This document shows positions 47,801 through 56,037 of a stretch of DNA of 64,000 bases, one piece after another. Below the pieces are notes generated by a model. That model made no database searches, was not told where the DNA came from, and saw only the letters and a program-made list of their open reading frames with translations. The stretch is from an uncultured Desulfurococcaceae archaeon (GTDB lineage: Archaea; Thermoproteota; Thermoprotei_A; Sulfolobales; NBVN01): the NCBI GenBank assembly GCA_964482405.1, contig CAYZXH010000001.1:661-64660 (forward strand), given 5' to 3'. Positions within the stretch are counted from its first letter, which is position 1. The number at the start of each line of letters is the position of its first letter. A program made the translations under genes and the position numbers.

Positions 47801-49101
47801 GCAGCACTCCTCCTACTCATGAGTTCCTCGAGAGTCCCTCCACAAGCTCTCTGAAGATCCCATCCCTCATCCTTAGTTAATCTTCTAACATAGATATACT
47901 CTTTACCGTAATACCTGCTCGACTCGACAAACTTCATGATATCTCCGGGGAGGAATACCTCAAGCCATGATATTGCTAGTGGGTCATAAATACCTAGAAT
48001 ACCTTCCTTACCAGGCTCTTCAACAAGCTTATAAGTCTTAGGATCAAGTAAGAAAACCTCCTGCAGGGGGTGAGGAATCTTATACATAAAGCCATACTTG
48101 TCTATGAGTGCCGTGAGGGTCTCGGTCATCCCTAAAACATCCATGAAGGGCGTGGGCGCTTCCCTACCGTCAAAATCCCTGGACTTAAAGAATTTTCTAG
48201 CGTTCTCGACTATGATATCATATGGTGGTAAATCCGTGAATCCCTTAGTACCGCCACCCGTGACTATTACCCCGCCTGTTCCGAGATCTACTGGCGGCAC
48301 ACCAATTAAAAACTTGCTAACAAGTCTCTTCAGTAGACTCATACCCTCGAATTGCTTCGTTAGTAAGTGCACGCCGGCAGGAGCTGTGAAAAGTAGTTTT
48401 GGTTCCTCCCTACTTTTAAGGAATTCCATTATAGACTTCTTATTAGGCACGAGCCTCTGCCATTGAGACCCCTCACTAACCTCTTTTACTAAGTCCATCC
48501 CGTACAACAGCTTTATCTTCTTGCCTTGAAGAGCTAAATCAACGAACGCGACGAAGTTGAGCTTATTTCGTAACTCCCGCGCGGCCAGAAAGAGAGCTAA
48601 TCCAGCACCCTCCCTCAACACGTTACCGTAAACGTACTCAAATAACAAAGTGTTAGCTCTAGTCATCATAGCTAACTCTAAGAAACTCCTATAAACCCTG
48701 ACTGGACTGCTACTCGTAGTCCCGCTTGAGGAGAAAACAAAGCCTTCCTCATCAAAGTCCTCTATGAGGAATTTCCTGTATTCATCACCTCTCAACATGT
48801 CTGAAGGCACTGCTAACTTAATTAAATCCGTTAAATCTGCTGCGTCAGGATCTATCTCAAGCCTTTCTAGTAAGTCAGCGTAAAAACTGCTGTGCTTAAC
48901 GAAAAACTTAAGAGAATCCCTTAACAGACTCCTTCTAAGACTCTTCAGATACTCCGATGACTTACTGAATAACGAGCTATCTCCTGAAAGTTCCCATAAT
49001 CTCTTAACGTAGGGGTCGTTGAAGAACTTGCTTCTCTGCGCTCCTGAATATATCTCTTCTATAGTAGGTAGCTCGTTAGCCAAGTATCTAACACCACTCA
49101 A
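47797..49101 (-). CDS. LuxE-like acyl-protein synthetase / PaaK-F390-synthetase-type adenylate-forming enzyme
   Basis: FSSSGTTSSSP vs LuxE FTSSGTNG, VTGGGTKGF vs ITGGGWKSY, LLDPKTYKLVEEPGKEGILGIYDPLA vs ALDPETLKPVPDGTPGLMSYMDASA. It overlaps the LuxC-like gene by 4 nt. Confidence 0.65.
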   Translation of the reverse strand: MSGVRYLANELPTIEEIYSGAQRSKFFNDPYVKRLWELSGDSSLFSKSSEYLKSLRRSLLRDSLKFFVKHSSFYADLLERLEIDPDAADLTDLIKLAVPSDMLRGDEYRKFLIEDFDEEGFVFSSSGTTSSSPVRVYRSFLELAMMTRANTLLFEYVYGNVLREGAGLALFLAARELRNKLNFVAFVDLALQGKKIKLLYGMDLVKEVSEGSQWQRLVPNKKSIMEFLKSREEPKLLFTAPAGVHLLTKQFEGMSLLKRLVSKFLIGVPPVDLGTGGVIVTGGGTKGFTDLPPYDIIVENARKFFKSRDFDGREAPTPFMDVLGMTETLTALIDKYGFMYKIPHPLQEVFLLDPKTYKLVEEPGKEGILGIYDPLAISWLEVFLPGDIMKFVESSRYYGKEYIYVRRLTKDEGWDLQRACGGTLEELMSRRSAA

Positions 49102-49172
49102 TAGAAAACTATATAATAGCTTTTATTGTTTTGATCATACCCTTGACTTTGAAAGATCGTCCTGAATACACG

Positions 49173-49571
49173 TTAAGGAAACATCAGCATGCTGAAGAGT
49201 ATTACGACGTAGAGCGGTAGCGAGATATCCATGCTGTACTCGATCACGGAACCCTCCATAAACACCTCACCCCTAACCACACCGAAATTCAGTAGGGTGA
49301 GTACTATGAGCGCTCCTAAAACCTTAGATAGGAGCCGGAGCGGTAATGAAATCGGGTGTTCCCTAAGTAACGAATTCGCTAAGCCTATGCCGGTGAAGAG
49401 AGCGAAAGCAAGTAACCAGAGTATAGGTGTTTCGAGAACTTCAGTACCTGGGAGAATTTTAGAGAATAGAATTGGGAGTAGTATGACGTAAACGAAGTAA
49501 TAAAACAAACCTATGAGAATCCCGACTACCACGGAACTCACCACTTTCTTAACCTTGCTTCCCTCACCCAC
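49173..49571 (-). CDS. Small polytopic membrane protein
   Basis: 132 aa with about 4 TM helices. It overlaps the upstream gene by 1 nt. Confidence 0.45.
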   Translation of the reverse strand: MGEGSKVKKVVSSVVVGILIGLFYYFVYVILLPILFSKILPGTEVLETPILWLLAFALFTGIGLANSLLREHPISLPLRLLSKVLGALIVLTLLNFGVVRGEVFMEGSVIEYSMDISLPLYVVILFSMLMFP

Positions 49572-49951
49572 TACCCAGCACCTCTGATCCTTAATTCAAG
49601 ACGGTAAATTCCGGCGATCTTCAAGCTTATTAAGACTTCCGGGTATTCAGGAACCGAGCTAAAGTTGAGTATCATGTGCTTCGTTAGCGTAGTGTTTTTA
49701 GATAAGTCACCGAAGTATAGCGTGTTATTAAGTACCTCAAGCCTGACATCGTTTAAGGGTACGGACCCCCTATACGTGATGCTGAATACCACTTTAACGT
49801 GTGTTTCATTAAGTTGCTCGTGTGAAGTCTTTAAATCTATTAAGTCGGGCTTACTCGTTAACTCATAAACGAATATTATTGCCGGGGTTACTAATCCACT
49901 TAAGACTAGGAAAGCTACTAGACCTACCCCTAGCTTGAGGAGTGTGTTCAC
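49571..49951 (-). CDS. N-terminally anchored small protein with a beta-rich ectodomain
   Basis: 126 aa with a single N-terminal hydrophobic helix, followed by a beta-strand-like region carrying N-x-S/T sequons. Confidence 0.45.
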   Translation of the reverse strand: MNTLLKLGVGLVAFLVLSGLVTPAIIFVYELTSKPDLIDLKTSHEQLNETHVKVVFSITYRGSVPLNDVRLEVLNNTLYFGDLSKNTTLTKHMILNFSSVPEYPEVLISLKIAGIYRLELRIRGAG

Positions 49952-50286
49952 TTCTTGATCTCCTCAGACTCCTTAGGTTTCTTTTCCTTAATGTAGAGAG
50001 CTTTGAAGAGGTCAACACCCTTCCCTAACAGTATTGAACCGGCCCATATCATTGCCCCGAGAAAGCCTAACTTAATAACTAGGTTCAGTAATTCGTAAAC
50101 CGTGTTAGTGATAGATGTCTGCAAATCCCCTCCAGCAGGCAAGAGAGGCCTGTAATTAAGGTAAGCCTCGAAAGCTAGGAAAGCCCCGGAGACCACTATT
50201 AATACACCTGCTAAAAGTACCGCTACTCCTGTCACGAACGGAGTTTTACTCACCTCCATAAACGTATCACCTAAGTAACTTATCAA
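49948..50286 (-). CDS. Small 2-3 TM membrane protein
   Basis: 112 aa with a Lys/Glu-rich C-terminal tail. It overlaps the downstream gene by 4 nt. Confidence 0.45.
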   Translation of the reverse strand: MISYLGDTFMEVSKTPFVTGVAVLLAGVLIVVSGAFLAFEAYLNYRPLLPAGGDLQTSITNTVYELLNLVIKLGFLGAMIWAGSILLGKGVDLFKALYIKEKKPKESEEIKK

Positions 50287-50329
50287 CTATAATTAATAAA
50301 TGCGAGGTTTTGAAACCCTGTGGGAGCAC

Positions 50330-50683
50330 TCAGCTAAGCAACAACGCTATCTCACTCAACGCAATGAGTAGCGAGAGTATCAACGCTATTACTAGAACGA
50401 TCATCTTAATGAATTTCTTTATTCTCTCGTTTCTTGCATGTCTGTTTAAGAGTAATAACGCGCCGCCGTAGAAATGAAGCATGGATAAGGCCGCAATTGC
50501 GATCCTCAAGAGCGGGAGCGTGTGAATTTTAGCTGAGGTAGCGTACGTGAGTCCTACTAAGCTGAGGATAGGGGAGATCATCCCGTAACCACTTAGTAAG
50601 TAAAGCACTAAACACAGCGCTAGAGGAATTGAAGTATACTCAACGATTCTAAGACAGAAGTATGTTTCCCTAGCCCTACTCAT
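50330..50683 (-). CDS. 3-TM membrane protein with helix-embedded histidines (possible membrane anchor of the nitroreductase)
   Basis: 117 aa, with His54, His70 and His82 in or near the TM helices. It overlaps the upstream SagB-like gene by 4 nt. Confidence 0.45.
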   Translation of the reverse strand: MSRARETYFCLRIVEYTSIPLALCLVLYLLSGYGMISPILSLVGLTYATSAKIHTLPLLRIAIAALSMLHFYGGALLLLNRHARNERIKKFIKMIVLVIALILSLLIALSEIALLLS

Positions 50684-51474
50684 CTCCTCAACCTGGTGTA
50701 GAGGTCTTGAATCTCTCTGAAATCCGCTTTACGAGGACTTAGGGGGACCCCTACAGGGAATACGTATAGCGGGCGCTCATCGCGACGAGCATTAACTACC
50801 CTAGCCACCTCATCGTCGTAGAAAGCTCCTATAGCGACAGTCCCTAAACCTAGAGCCGTACTCATCAAGTAAACGTTCTGTCCAACATGACCTACCTCGA
50901 TGTGGACATACCTAATACCTCTCTCACCGTATCTCCACGTAGTCCTCTCGTAGATAGCACATATCACTAAGCTTACCGGAGCCTCCCTAACCCAGTCCTG
51001 CCTCAGCGTAGCTTGCCACAAATCATTCCTGAAATCCCCGCTCTTAACAAGTCTTAACGAGTGCCTTCTATAATCATATTTATAAACCCCTGCCTCCACG
51101 TAACCACCGTCACCTAGGGAAACACCTCCCTCACCTATAACCACGTAAATTTCTAGAGGGTAGGTAGCTCCCGCGCTGGGGGCAGCTCTCCTAAGCCACC
51201 CGTCTACATCCTCAACCACACCTTGAGAAGCCCAGAGAATCATCGATAATTGCTCGATGGTTATGGGAGAATCCCTCCACTCCCTAACACTCTTTCTAAG
51301 AAGGATAGCTTCCTCAACAGTAACGACACTCATCTTTCTGGGGAGGGGGAGAAGCAACTCACCACCCACGACTTCAACACCACCTAAATCTCCTTGGGGA
51401 GCATATAAAGAAAACAACACGTAAACAATAATTAAAACAGTAACTATCCATGACAAAGCGAAACCCAACCTCAC
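50680..51474 (-). CDS. SagB/ThcOx-type nitroreductase-family dehydrogenase with an N-terminal TM anchor
   Basis: RKSVREW...ITIEQLSMILWASQGV...RAAPSAGATYPLEIYVV is the SagB-type dehydrogenase pattern. The N-terminal TM helix is LSWIVTVLIIVYVLFSLY. Confidence 0.7.
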   Translation of the reverse strand: MRLGFALSWIVTVLIIVYVLFSLYAPQGDLGGVEVVGGELLLPLPRKMSVVTVEEAILLRKSVREWRDSPITIEQLSMILWASQGVVEDVDGWLRRAAPSAGATYPLEIYVVIGEGGVSLGDGGYVEAGVYKYDYRRHSLRLVKSGDFRNDLWQATLRQDWVREAPVSLVICAIYERTTWRYGERGIRYVHIEVGHVGQNVYLMSTALGLGTVAIGAFYDDEVARVVNARRDERPLYVFPVGVPLSPRKADFREIQDLYTRLRR

Positions 51475-51536
51475 TTAAAGACACCCCATTAATAACGAGT
51501 CCTACAACACTTATAACCAAGGTTTGAGCGTAAGAT

Positions 51537-51547
51537 AAGCTTAAAAA
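51537..51547 (+). promoter_or_regulatory. TATA-like box AAGCTTAAAAA for the 5S rRNA
   Basis: The box ends about 21 nt upstream of the inferred 5S 5' end. The same core motif occurs at the two Liv operons. Confidence 0.5.
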
Positions 51548-51567
51548 CCTTTTCACGCAAAAGATTA

Positions 51568-51693
51568 TGGCGGTCCCGGTCATAGCGGTCGGGAAACACC
51601 CGGACTCGTCAGATCCCGGAAGTTAAGCCGGCCGCGTTGAGAGGGCAGTGAGGTCCGCGAGGCCTCGCAGCCCTCTCAAACTGGGATCCGCCA
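51568..51693 (+). rRNA. rrf: 5S ribosomal RNA (stand-alone, crenarchaeal type)
   Basis: Strong resemblance to the Sulfolobus 5S rRNA: CCCGGTCATAGCGG...AACACCCGGACTCGT...CCCGGAAGTTAAGCC...CTGGGAT. The termini GGCGGTCCC / GGGATCCGCC pair to form helix I. Confidence 0.9.
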
Positions 51694-51750
51694 CTCCTAA
51701 TCTTTCTCACACGTTATCTCCACGACTAAATGGAATTCACGCATGCAAGA

Positions 51751-51762
51751 ATATTTTTAAGG
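51751..51762 (+). promoter_or_regulatory. TATA-like box ATATTTTTAAGG for the tRNA pair
   Basis: The T/A box ends about 26 nt upstream of the tRNA-Met 5' end. Confidence 0.4.
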
Positions 51763-51786
51763 TAGGTTATTATAGTAGTTATTGGT

Positions 51787-51875
51787 GCCGCCGTAGCTTA
51801 GCGGGCAGAGCGCCGGACTCATACGGCCCGTACTGGGATATCCGGAGGTCCGGGGTTCGAATCCCCGCGGCGGCA
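51787..51875 (+). tRNA. tRNA-Met (or Ile2) with anticodon CAT and a 16-nt intron at 37/38
   Basis: Manual fold: acceptor GCCGCCG/CGGCGGC, D stem GCTT/GAGC, anticodon stem CCGGA/TCCGG, anticodon CAT at 51820-51822, intron at 51824-51839, T arm CGGGG-TTCGAAT-CCCCG, discriminator A. The anticodon stem is not initiator-like. Confidence 0.9.
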
Positions 51876-51882
51876 CCTGAGT

Positions 51883-51972
51883 AGCCGGGTCGTCTAGCGG
51901 CCAAGGATGCGGGGCTCTGGTCCTCTGGGGAGTGCCCCCGTGACCGGGGTTCGAATCCCCGCCCGGCTACCA
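51883..51972 (+). tRNA. tRNA-Gln with anticodon CTG, a 14-nt intron at 37/38 and an encoded CCA
   Basis: Manual fold: acceptor AGCCGGG/CCCGGCT (A1-U72, typical of archaeal tRNA-Gln), anticodon stem CGGGG/CCCCG, anticodon CTG at 51917-51919, intron at 51921-51934, T arm CGGGG-TTCGAAT-CCCCG, then ACCA. Confidence 0.9.
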
Positions 51973-51978
51973 ATTCTT

Positions 51979-52827
51979 TTACTTAGGTGGGTAGATAGTT
52001 AAGAGACCTATTAATATGGCCTCGGTGAGCGGTGATAGGACCGGTGAGTAATCTATGTTTTTACTACTTAGCTCTATGTCTAGACTTAAAACCTTCTTAA
52101 AGTTTTCTCTGTCTTCAAGCTTGTGCGGGAACTTAACGACAGCGCCTAGAGCACTTAATAATGTTGAGTAAGAAGCTATCGCTGAAGTGTTGAAGTCGTT
52201 TTCCTTCTCATACTCTTTGATGAAAGCGTTCGAAGCTTCCAGAACGTAGTTATACTTCGTTGTCGCTAAACTCAGGTACTTGTAGTTGCTGGATAGGAGA
52301 TTCAAGAATTCCTCAAGAGTTAAAGACTCAGAGATTATTTTGCTGGACGTTAAGCTTGACTCATAAAGTGCTCTACTTACGTCACCGCCGGCATTCTTTA
52401 AAGCCTCGTAAATCTTCAGAACTTCTTGAGGACCCGTGTAACTCAGGAGTGACTTCCTAGCACTTATGTATGTCTGAATCAGGAACTTATCCCTCATCCT
52501 CAAAGTATAGGACGCCGCAACACAAGCGGGTATCATGAAGATATGAAATTCAGGCAGGTGAACTCTCTTGAGGTAGGAGATGTTATCTTGTATAGAGTCT
52601 CTTATAAGAGTCCCTAAACCAATATCGACGAAGCCTAAAGAACCTGCAGCGACGCTAGCGCCTAGCTCGATAGATTTTAAGTAGCTTCTCAGAGAAGAAG
52701 TTAATAAAGCCACGTAAGATCTCAAGTCCTTAAATCTTAGAGAATATCTGTGAGGCGCTCCGGGCTTAACGTAAGAGTAAACAGCTATGTCTACAGAGTC
52801 TATCAGCCCACGTAAAACCACCGACAA
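51979..52827 (-). CDS. Hypothetical protein, tentatively CitG-like (ATP:dephospho-CoA triphosphoribosyl transferase family)
   Basis: 282 aa and helical. An N-terminal KPGAPHR resembles the KPG(N)V(H)R motif of CitG-like proteins. The pterin-biosynthesis context is compatible, but the assignment is weak. Confidence 0.35.
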   Translation of the reverse strand: MSVVLRGLIDSVDIAVYSYVKPGAPHRYSLRFKDLRSYVALLTSSLRSYLKSIELGASVAAGSLGFVDIGLGTLIRDSIQDNISYLKRVHLPEFHIFMIPACVAASYTLRMRDKFLIQTYISARKSLLSYTGPQEVLKIYEALKNAGGDVSRALYESSLTSSKIISESLTLEEFLNLLSSNYKYLSLATTKYNYVLEASNAFIKEYEKENDFNTSAIASYSTLLSALGAVVKFPHKLEDRENFKKVLSLDIELSSKNIDYSPVLSPLTEAILIGLLTIYPPK

Positions 52828-52928
52828 AACCGGAACCCCTCAGATATAACTATCTCAAAGTAATAAACGAAACACCCTCAAGCGAGGGTTACTTCTTAAA
52901 ATAAATCAAGACCGCCACATAATATTAG

Positions 52929-53651
52929 GTGAGATATATTAAGGAAGTTACCTACCCTATAACGACTTTCCTACTTTTCCACGAGTTATGCCCCTTACTA
53001 GGCTTAAGTAGTGAGTACTCGATTTACTTACCCATAGTATTCACGATACTACTGTGCTACGGTGACAGAATCAAGATATTCTTGCTGAGTAAAACAGTCA
53101 GCGGTGACTTACTAAAAGTGATTGATTTAAGCTACGGTAGGTTAAGGGCCCTACAGAAAATTAGGCTGAGGACTGCCCAGAAGCTAAGAATTTACGTTAA
53201 CTTAACCGGCCTGCTATTCCCGGTCGTCTTAGCACTATCATTAAGTGCTTACCTAATCCGTCAAACACCTAACTATCTCGTAACATACCTCTTACTACTC
53301 TCGTTTCTGACAGCCACGTACAATAGGCTCTCAATAACTGTTTACGAGAAGGGAATACTTGTCTCATTAGCCTCCAGCGTCGTCGTCACGGCTATGTCAA
53401 CGCTTGCAATAAGCATACACTATAAGCTGGGCGCGGACGTAACTTTCATGACAGCATACTCCGTCAGCGCTCTAGCAGCTCTGATAGGTATAGACTTACT
53501 GAACCTGAGATACGCGACATTCTTCAACACTAAGTCAATAATTATGGGTGGGTATGGAGTTAAAGACGCGATATTCCTTATCCCAGCCCTCTCCTCGATA
53601 ACGGCAAAGCTACTCTATAGCTTGATAACTAATCTACCCTCCTATATCTAA
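52929..53651 (+). CDS. Polytopic membrane protein, function unknown
   Basis: 240 aa with 6-7 hydrophobic segments and a GTG start. Confidence 0.5.
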   Translation: MRYIKEVTYPITTFLLFHELCPLLGLSSEYSIYLPIVFTILLCYGDRIKIFLLSKTVSGDLLKVIDLSYGRLRALQKIRLRTAQKLRIYVNLTGLLFPVVLALSLSAYLIRQTPNYLVTYLLLLSFLTATYNRLSITVYEKGILVSLASSVVVTAMSTLAISIHYKLGADVTFMTAYSVSALAALIGIDLLNLRYATFFNTKSIIMGGYGVKDAIFLIPALSSITAKLLYSLITNLPSYI

Positions 53652-53991
53652 GCCCCGCCTCCCTGAGTAGCGAAGTGATTAAGTCATTAATCAACACTAA
53701 CTTCTCCGGAATCAACGTATCCACGGATACCTTAACCAAGAAGTATCGGGCTTCAAACATTCTGGTCTCGGCGCCGTAAGGCTGTGGGAGAATCTTAACT
53801 AAGGTATCTGAAGAACCGCAAACATATGAGTGTTCCTCAATACTACAAACATAACCCAACTTCTTCAAGCCTTCCTTCACCAAACTCAAAGTCTTAACTA
53901 GTAAGTCGTAGGTCTCGGGAAGGGATTCAATTAACAACACAGTAGTGAAAACCCTGCAATTACTGTTCAAGTACTTCAACCCCGGACTCAC
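53629..53991 (-). CDS. Hypothetical protein downstream of threonine dehydratase
   Basis: 120-aa ORF overlapping ilvA by 32 nt, so the start is uncertain. No motif recognised. Confidence 0.35.
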   Translation of the reverse strand: MSPGLKYLNSNCRVFTTVLLIESLPETYDLLVKTLSLVKEGLKKLGYVCSIEEHSYVCGSSDTLVKILPQPYGAETRMFEARYFLVKVSVDTLIPEKLVLINDLITSLLREAGLRYRRVD

Positions 53992-55207
53992 GTAATTTCG
54001 TGATCGCGGTCTTAATTACCTGCTCACTTGAGACCTCCATTAATATCTTGACTTTGGCGTAACCAGGCTTTATATCTAGGTCGAACCTATCATGCGTTAT
54101 ATCGAGAATATTACACCTCAAATCAGCGAGTATTCTCAAGACCTTCTCTAAGCTTCCTGGAACGTCTTTTAAAGAAAGAGTTATTCTAGCGACCCTGCCC
54201 TCACGTATCAAGCCCCTCATTAAGATCCTGTAAAGAGTTGTGAGATCCGCGTTCCCGCCGCTAACGACCGCAACGACGTTCTCGCCCGGAATCTCATCAC
54301 TCCTAGACAGTAGGGCGGCCACAGGGAGTGCTCCCGCTCCCTCAGCAAGCAACTTAGTCCTCTCTAGCAGTAAGTAGATAGCTCTAGCAATCTGATCCTC
54401 CTCCACCTCAATGACTAAGTCAACGTAGTTACGGATTATCTCGAAAGTTAAATCACCTAAACTCTTAGTTAAGACGCCGTCAGCTAGTGAGGGCTGTGGT
54501 AACACAGTCACCGGCTTGCCAACACTTAAAGACAGCCTAGTCTTAGCCGCTACTGAGGGCTCCACGCCCACTACCTTAACCCTCCCCTTACTGAGCTTTT
54601 TAACAGCTAGTGCGATACCGGATATTAGCCCCCCTCCCCCGATGGGCACGACCACTGTGTCAACATTACTCACGTCCTCAATTATCTCTAACCCTATAGT
54701 TCCCTGCCCTGCTATGACGTAAGGGTCGTTGAACGGGTGTATGAGGCTCATCCTCCTCTCCTCACTAATTTCCAGAGCCTTCCTGAAGGCGTCATCATAT
54801 ATCTGACCATACAGCAAAACCTCACTACCGTAAGACTTAACAGCGTTTATCTTGTATGTCGGGGCTGTTTCAGGCATGACTATCAGAGAGTGTATGTTCA
54901 GCTCCCTAGCAGAGTAAGCAACACCCTGAGCGTGATTACCTGAAGAAGCCGTGACCACCCCTCTAGACCTAACCTCCTGGGGCAGGGTGTATATCTTGAA
55001 GTAAGCACCCCTAACCTTAAAAGACCCTGTTTTCTGAAGGTTCTCAAGCTTTAAGTACACGGATTTCCCTGCGAGCGATGAGAAGAAAGCTGAGTGAAAC
55101 ACGGGAGTTCTGTGAATAACTGGCTTAAGAATCTCAGAAGCTTTAAGTATTAAGTCGAATAACTCATCAACACCTTGACTCACGAAATCTTCACACCCTA
55201 AAAACAT
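53960..55207 (-). CDS. ilvA: Threonine ammonia-lyase (threonine dehydratase) with a C-terminal ACT-like domain
   Basis: PLP-lysine motif LQKTGSFKVRGA, the glycine loop VPIGGGGLISG, and a C-terminal regulatory domain (RITLSLKDVPGSL). Confidence 0.85.
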   Translation of the reverse strand: MFLGCEDFVSQGVDELFDLILKASEILKPVIHRTPVFHSAFFSSLAGKSVYLKLENLQKTGSFKVRGAYFKIYTLPQEVRSRGVVTASSGNHAQGVAYSARELNIHSLIVMPETAPTYKINAVKSYGSEVLLYGQIYDDAFRKALEISEERRMSLIHPFNDPYVIAGQGTIGLEIIEDVSNVDTVVVPIGGGGLISGIALAVKKLSKGRVKVVGVEPSVAAKTRLSLSVGKPVTVLPQPSLADGVLTKSLGDLTFEIIRNYVDLVIEVEEDQIARAIYLLLERTKLLAEGAGALPVAALLSRSDEIPGENVVAVVSGGNADLTTLYRILMRGLIREGRVARITLSLKDVPGSLEKVLRILADLRCNILDITHDRFDLDIKPGYAKVKILMEVSSEQVIKTAITKLRESGVEVLEQ

Positions 55208-55262
55208 TACGTCAGAACAAATTTTAAACTAGAAGTGATGAAATAGGAGGAGGTTTTACGTA

Positions 55263-55523
55263 TTGAGAGCGCGGAGAAGTGTGAGGAGCGTTAAGGAAGC
55301 CAAAGAATTATTCACTGAACTAAGCGATGCCATGGAGTGTGGGGAGAGAGTTAAGGTATTGATTGAGGATATAAGCAAGATCCATGAATACGTGGAGCTC
55401 GTGATTAAATCTAAGCTCTCATTAATAGACGTTGAGGAAGCTGGTAAAAATTATTACCTAGTAATAGAGAACAGGTTCAGTAATAGGTGCGTGCAGAATG
55501 ACCGAGAAAGTAGAGATAGATAA
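55263..55523 (+). CDS. Hypothetical small protein
   Basis: 86-aa ORF with a TTG start that overlaps the Lrp gene start by 26 nt. No motif recognised. Confidence 0.3.
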   Translation: MRARRSVRSVKEAKELFTELSDAMECGERVKVLIEDISKIHEYVELVIKSKLSLIDVEEAGKNYYLVIENRFSNRCVQNDRESRDR

Positions 55524-55974
55524 GCTGGATATCATGATACTCGCAAAACTACTTGAAGATTCTAGAATACCTTTCAGGAGGCTAGCTCGTAGCTTAAGCG
55601 TTAGTGAGTCAACAATATACTTAAGAGTTAGAAAGCTAAGAAACAGCAGAATCCTCAAAAATTACACGATCGACGTAGACTTAAACAAGCTCGGCTTCTT
55701 ACAGCAAGTTTATGTTGAGATTAAGGTCATGCCTCAATACATCAAGAATATAGTAGAGGAACTTAAGGAAAAACCAAGCGTTTTAGAAATCTATGAGGTG
55801 AGCGGTGAGTACCCACTCCTAGTCAAGATAGTGTCCACCAGCAACGAAGAACTTTCATCCACCATAGATGAGATAGCCTTAATTAAGGGAATTACTGAGT
55901 TGAAGGTCAAGTACGTTTTCAAAACTTTGGAGAGTAAAAACATAGGCAAGGTATTCTCAAGACTGAGTATTTGA
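55498..55974 (+). CDS. lrp: Lrp/AsnC family transcriptional regulator
   Basis: N-terminal HTH (LDIMILAKLLEDSRIPFRRLARSLSVSESTIYLRVRKL) and a C-terminal RAM-like domain. Confidence 0.85.
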   Translation: MTEKVEIDKLDIMILAKLLEDSRIPFRRLARSLSVSESTIYLRVRKLRNSRILKNYTIDVDLNKLGFLQQVYVEIKVMPQYIKNIVEELKEKPSVLEIYEVSGEYPLLVKIVSTSNEELSSTIDEIALIKGITELKVKYVFKTLESKNIGKVFSRLSI

Positions 55975-56037
55975 AGAGATAACTCAAAAAACACTAACTT
56001 CTAGCTAAGATTTAGAAACCAGTCCAACTCAATGATT

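Noticed and set aside
50680-51474. The SagB-type dehydrogenase as a marker of a thiazole/oxazole-modified peptide (TOMM) biosynthetic cluster
   Set aside because: No YcaO cyclodehydratase, E1-like partner or plausible Cys/Ser/Thr-rich precursor peptide ORF is visible nearby.
51374-51973. Three ORFs in the track (51374..51583 -, 51648..51884 +, 51779..51973 -)
   Set aside because: They overlap the 5S rRNA and the two tRNA genes, so they are artefacts of GC-rich structured RNA sequence.
52874-52889. Short hairpin ACCCTC-AAGC-GAGGGT in the divergent intergenic region
   Set aside because: A 6-bp stem is within chance expectation, and no supporting context was found.
51787-53700. tRNA-adjacent integrated element or genomic island
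   Set aside because: No integrase or recombinase gene was recognised downstream, and I noticed no direct repeat of the tRNA 3' end. The flanking genes look like core metabolism.
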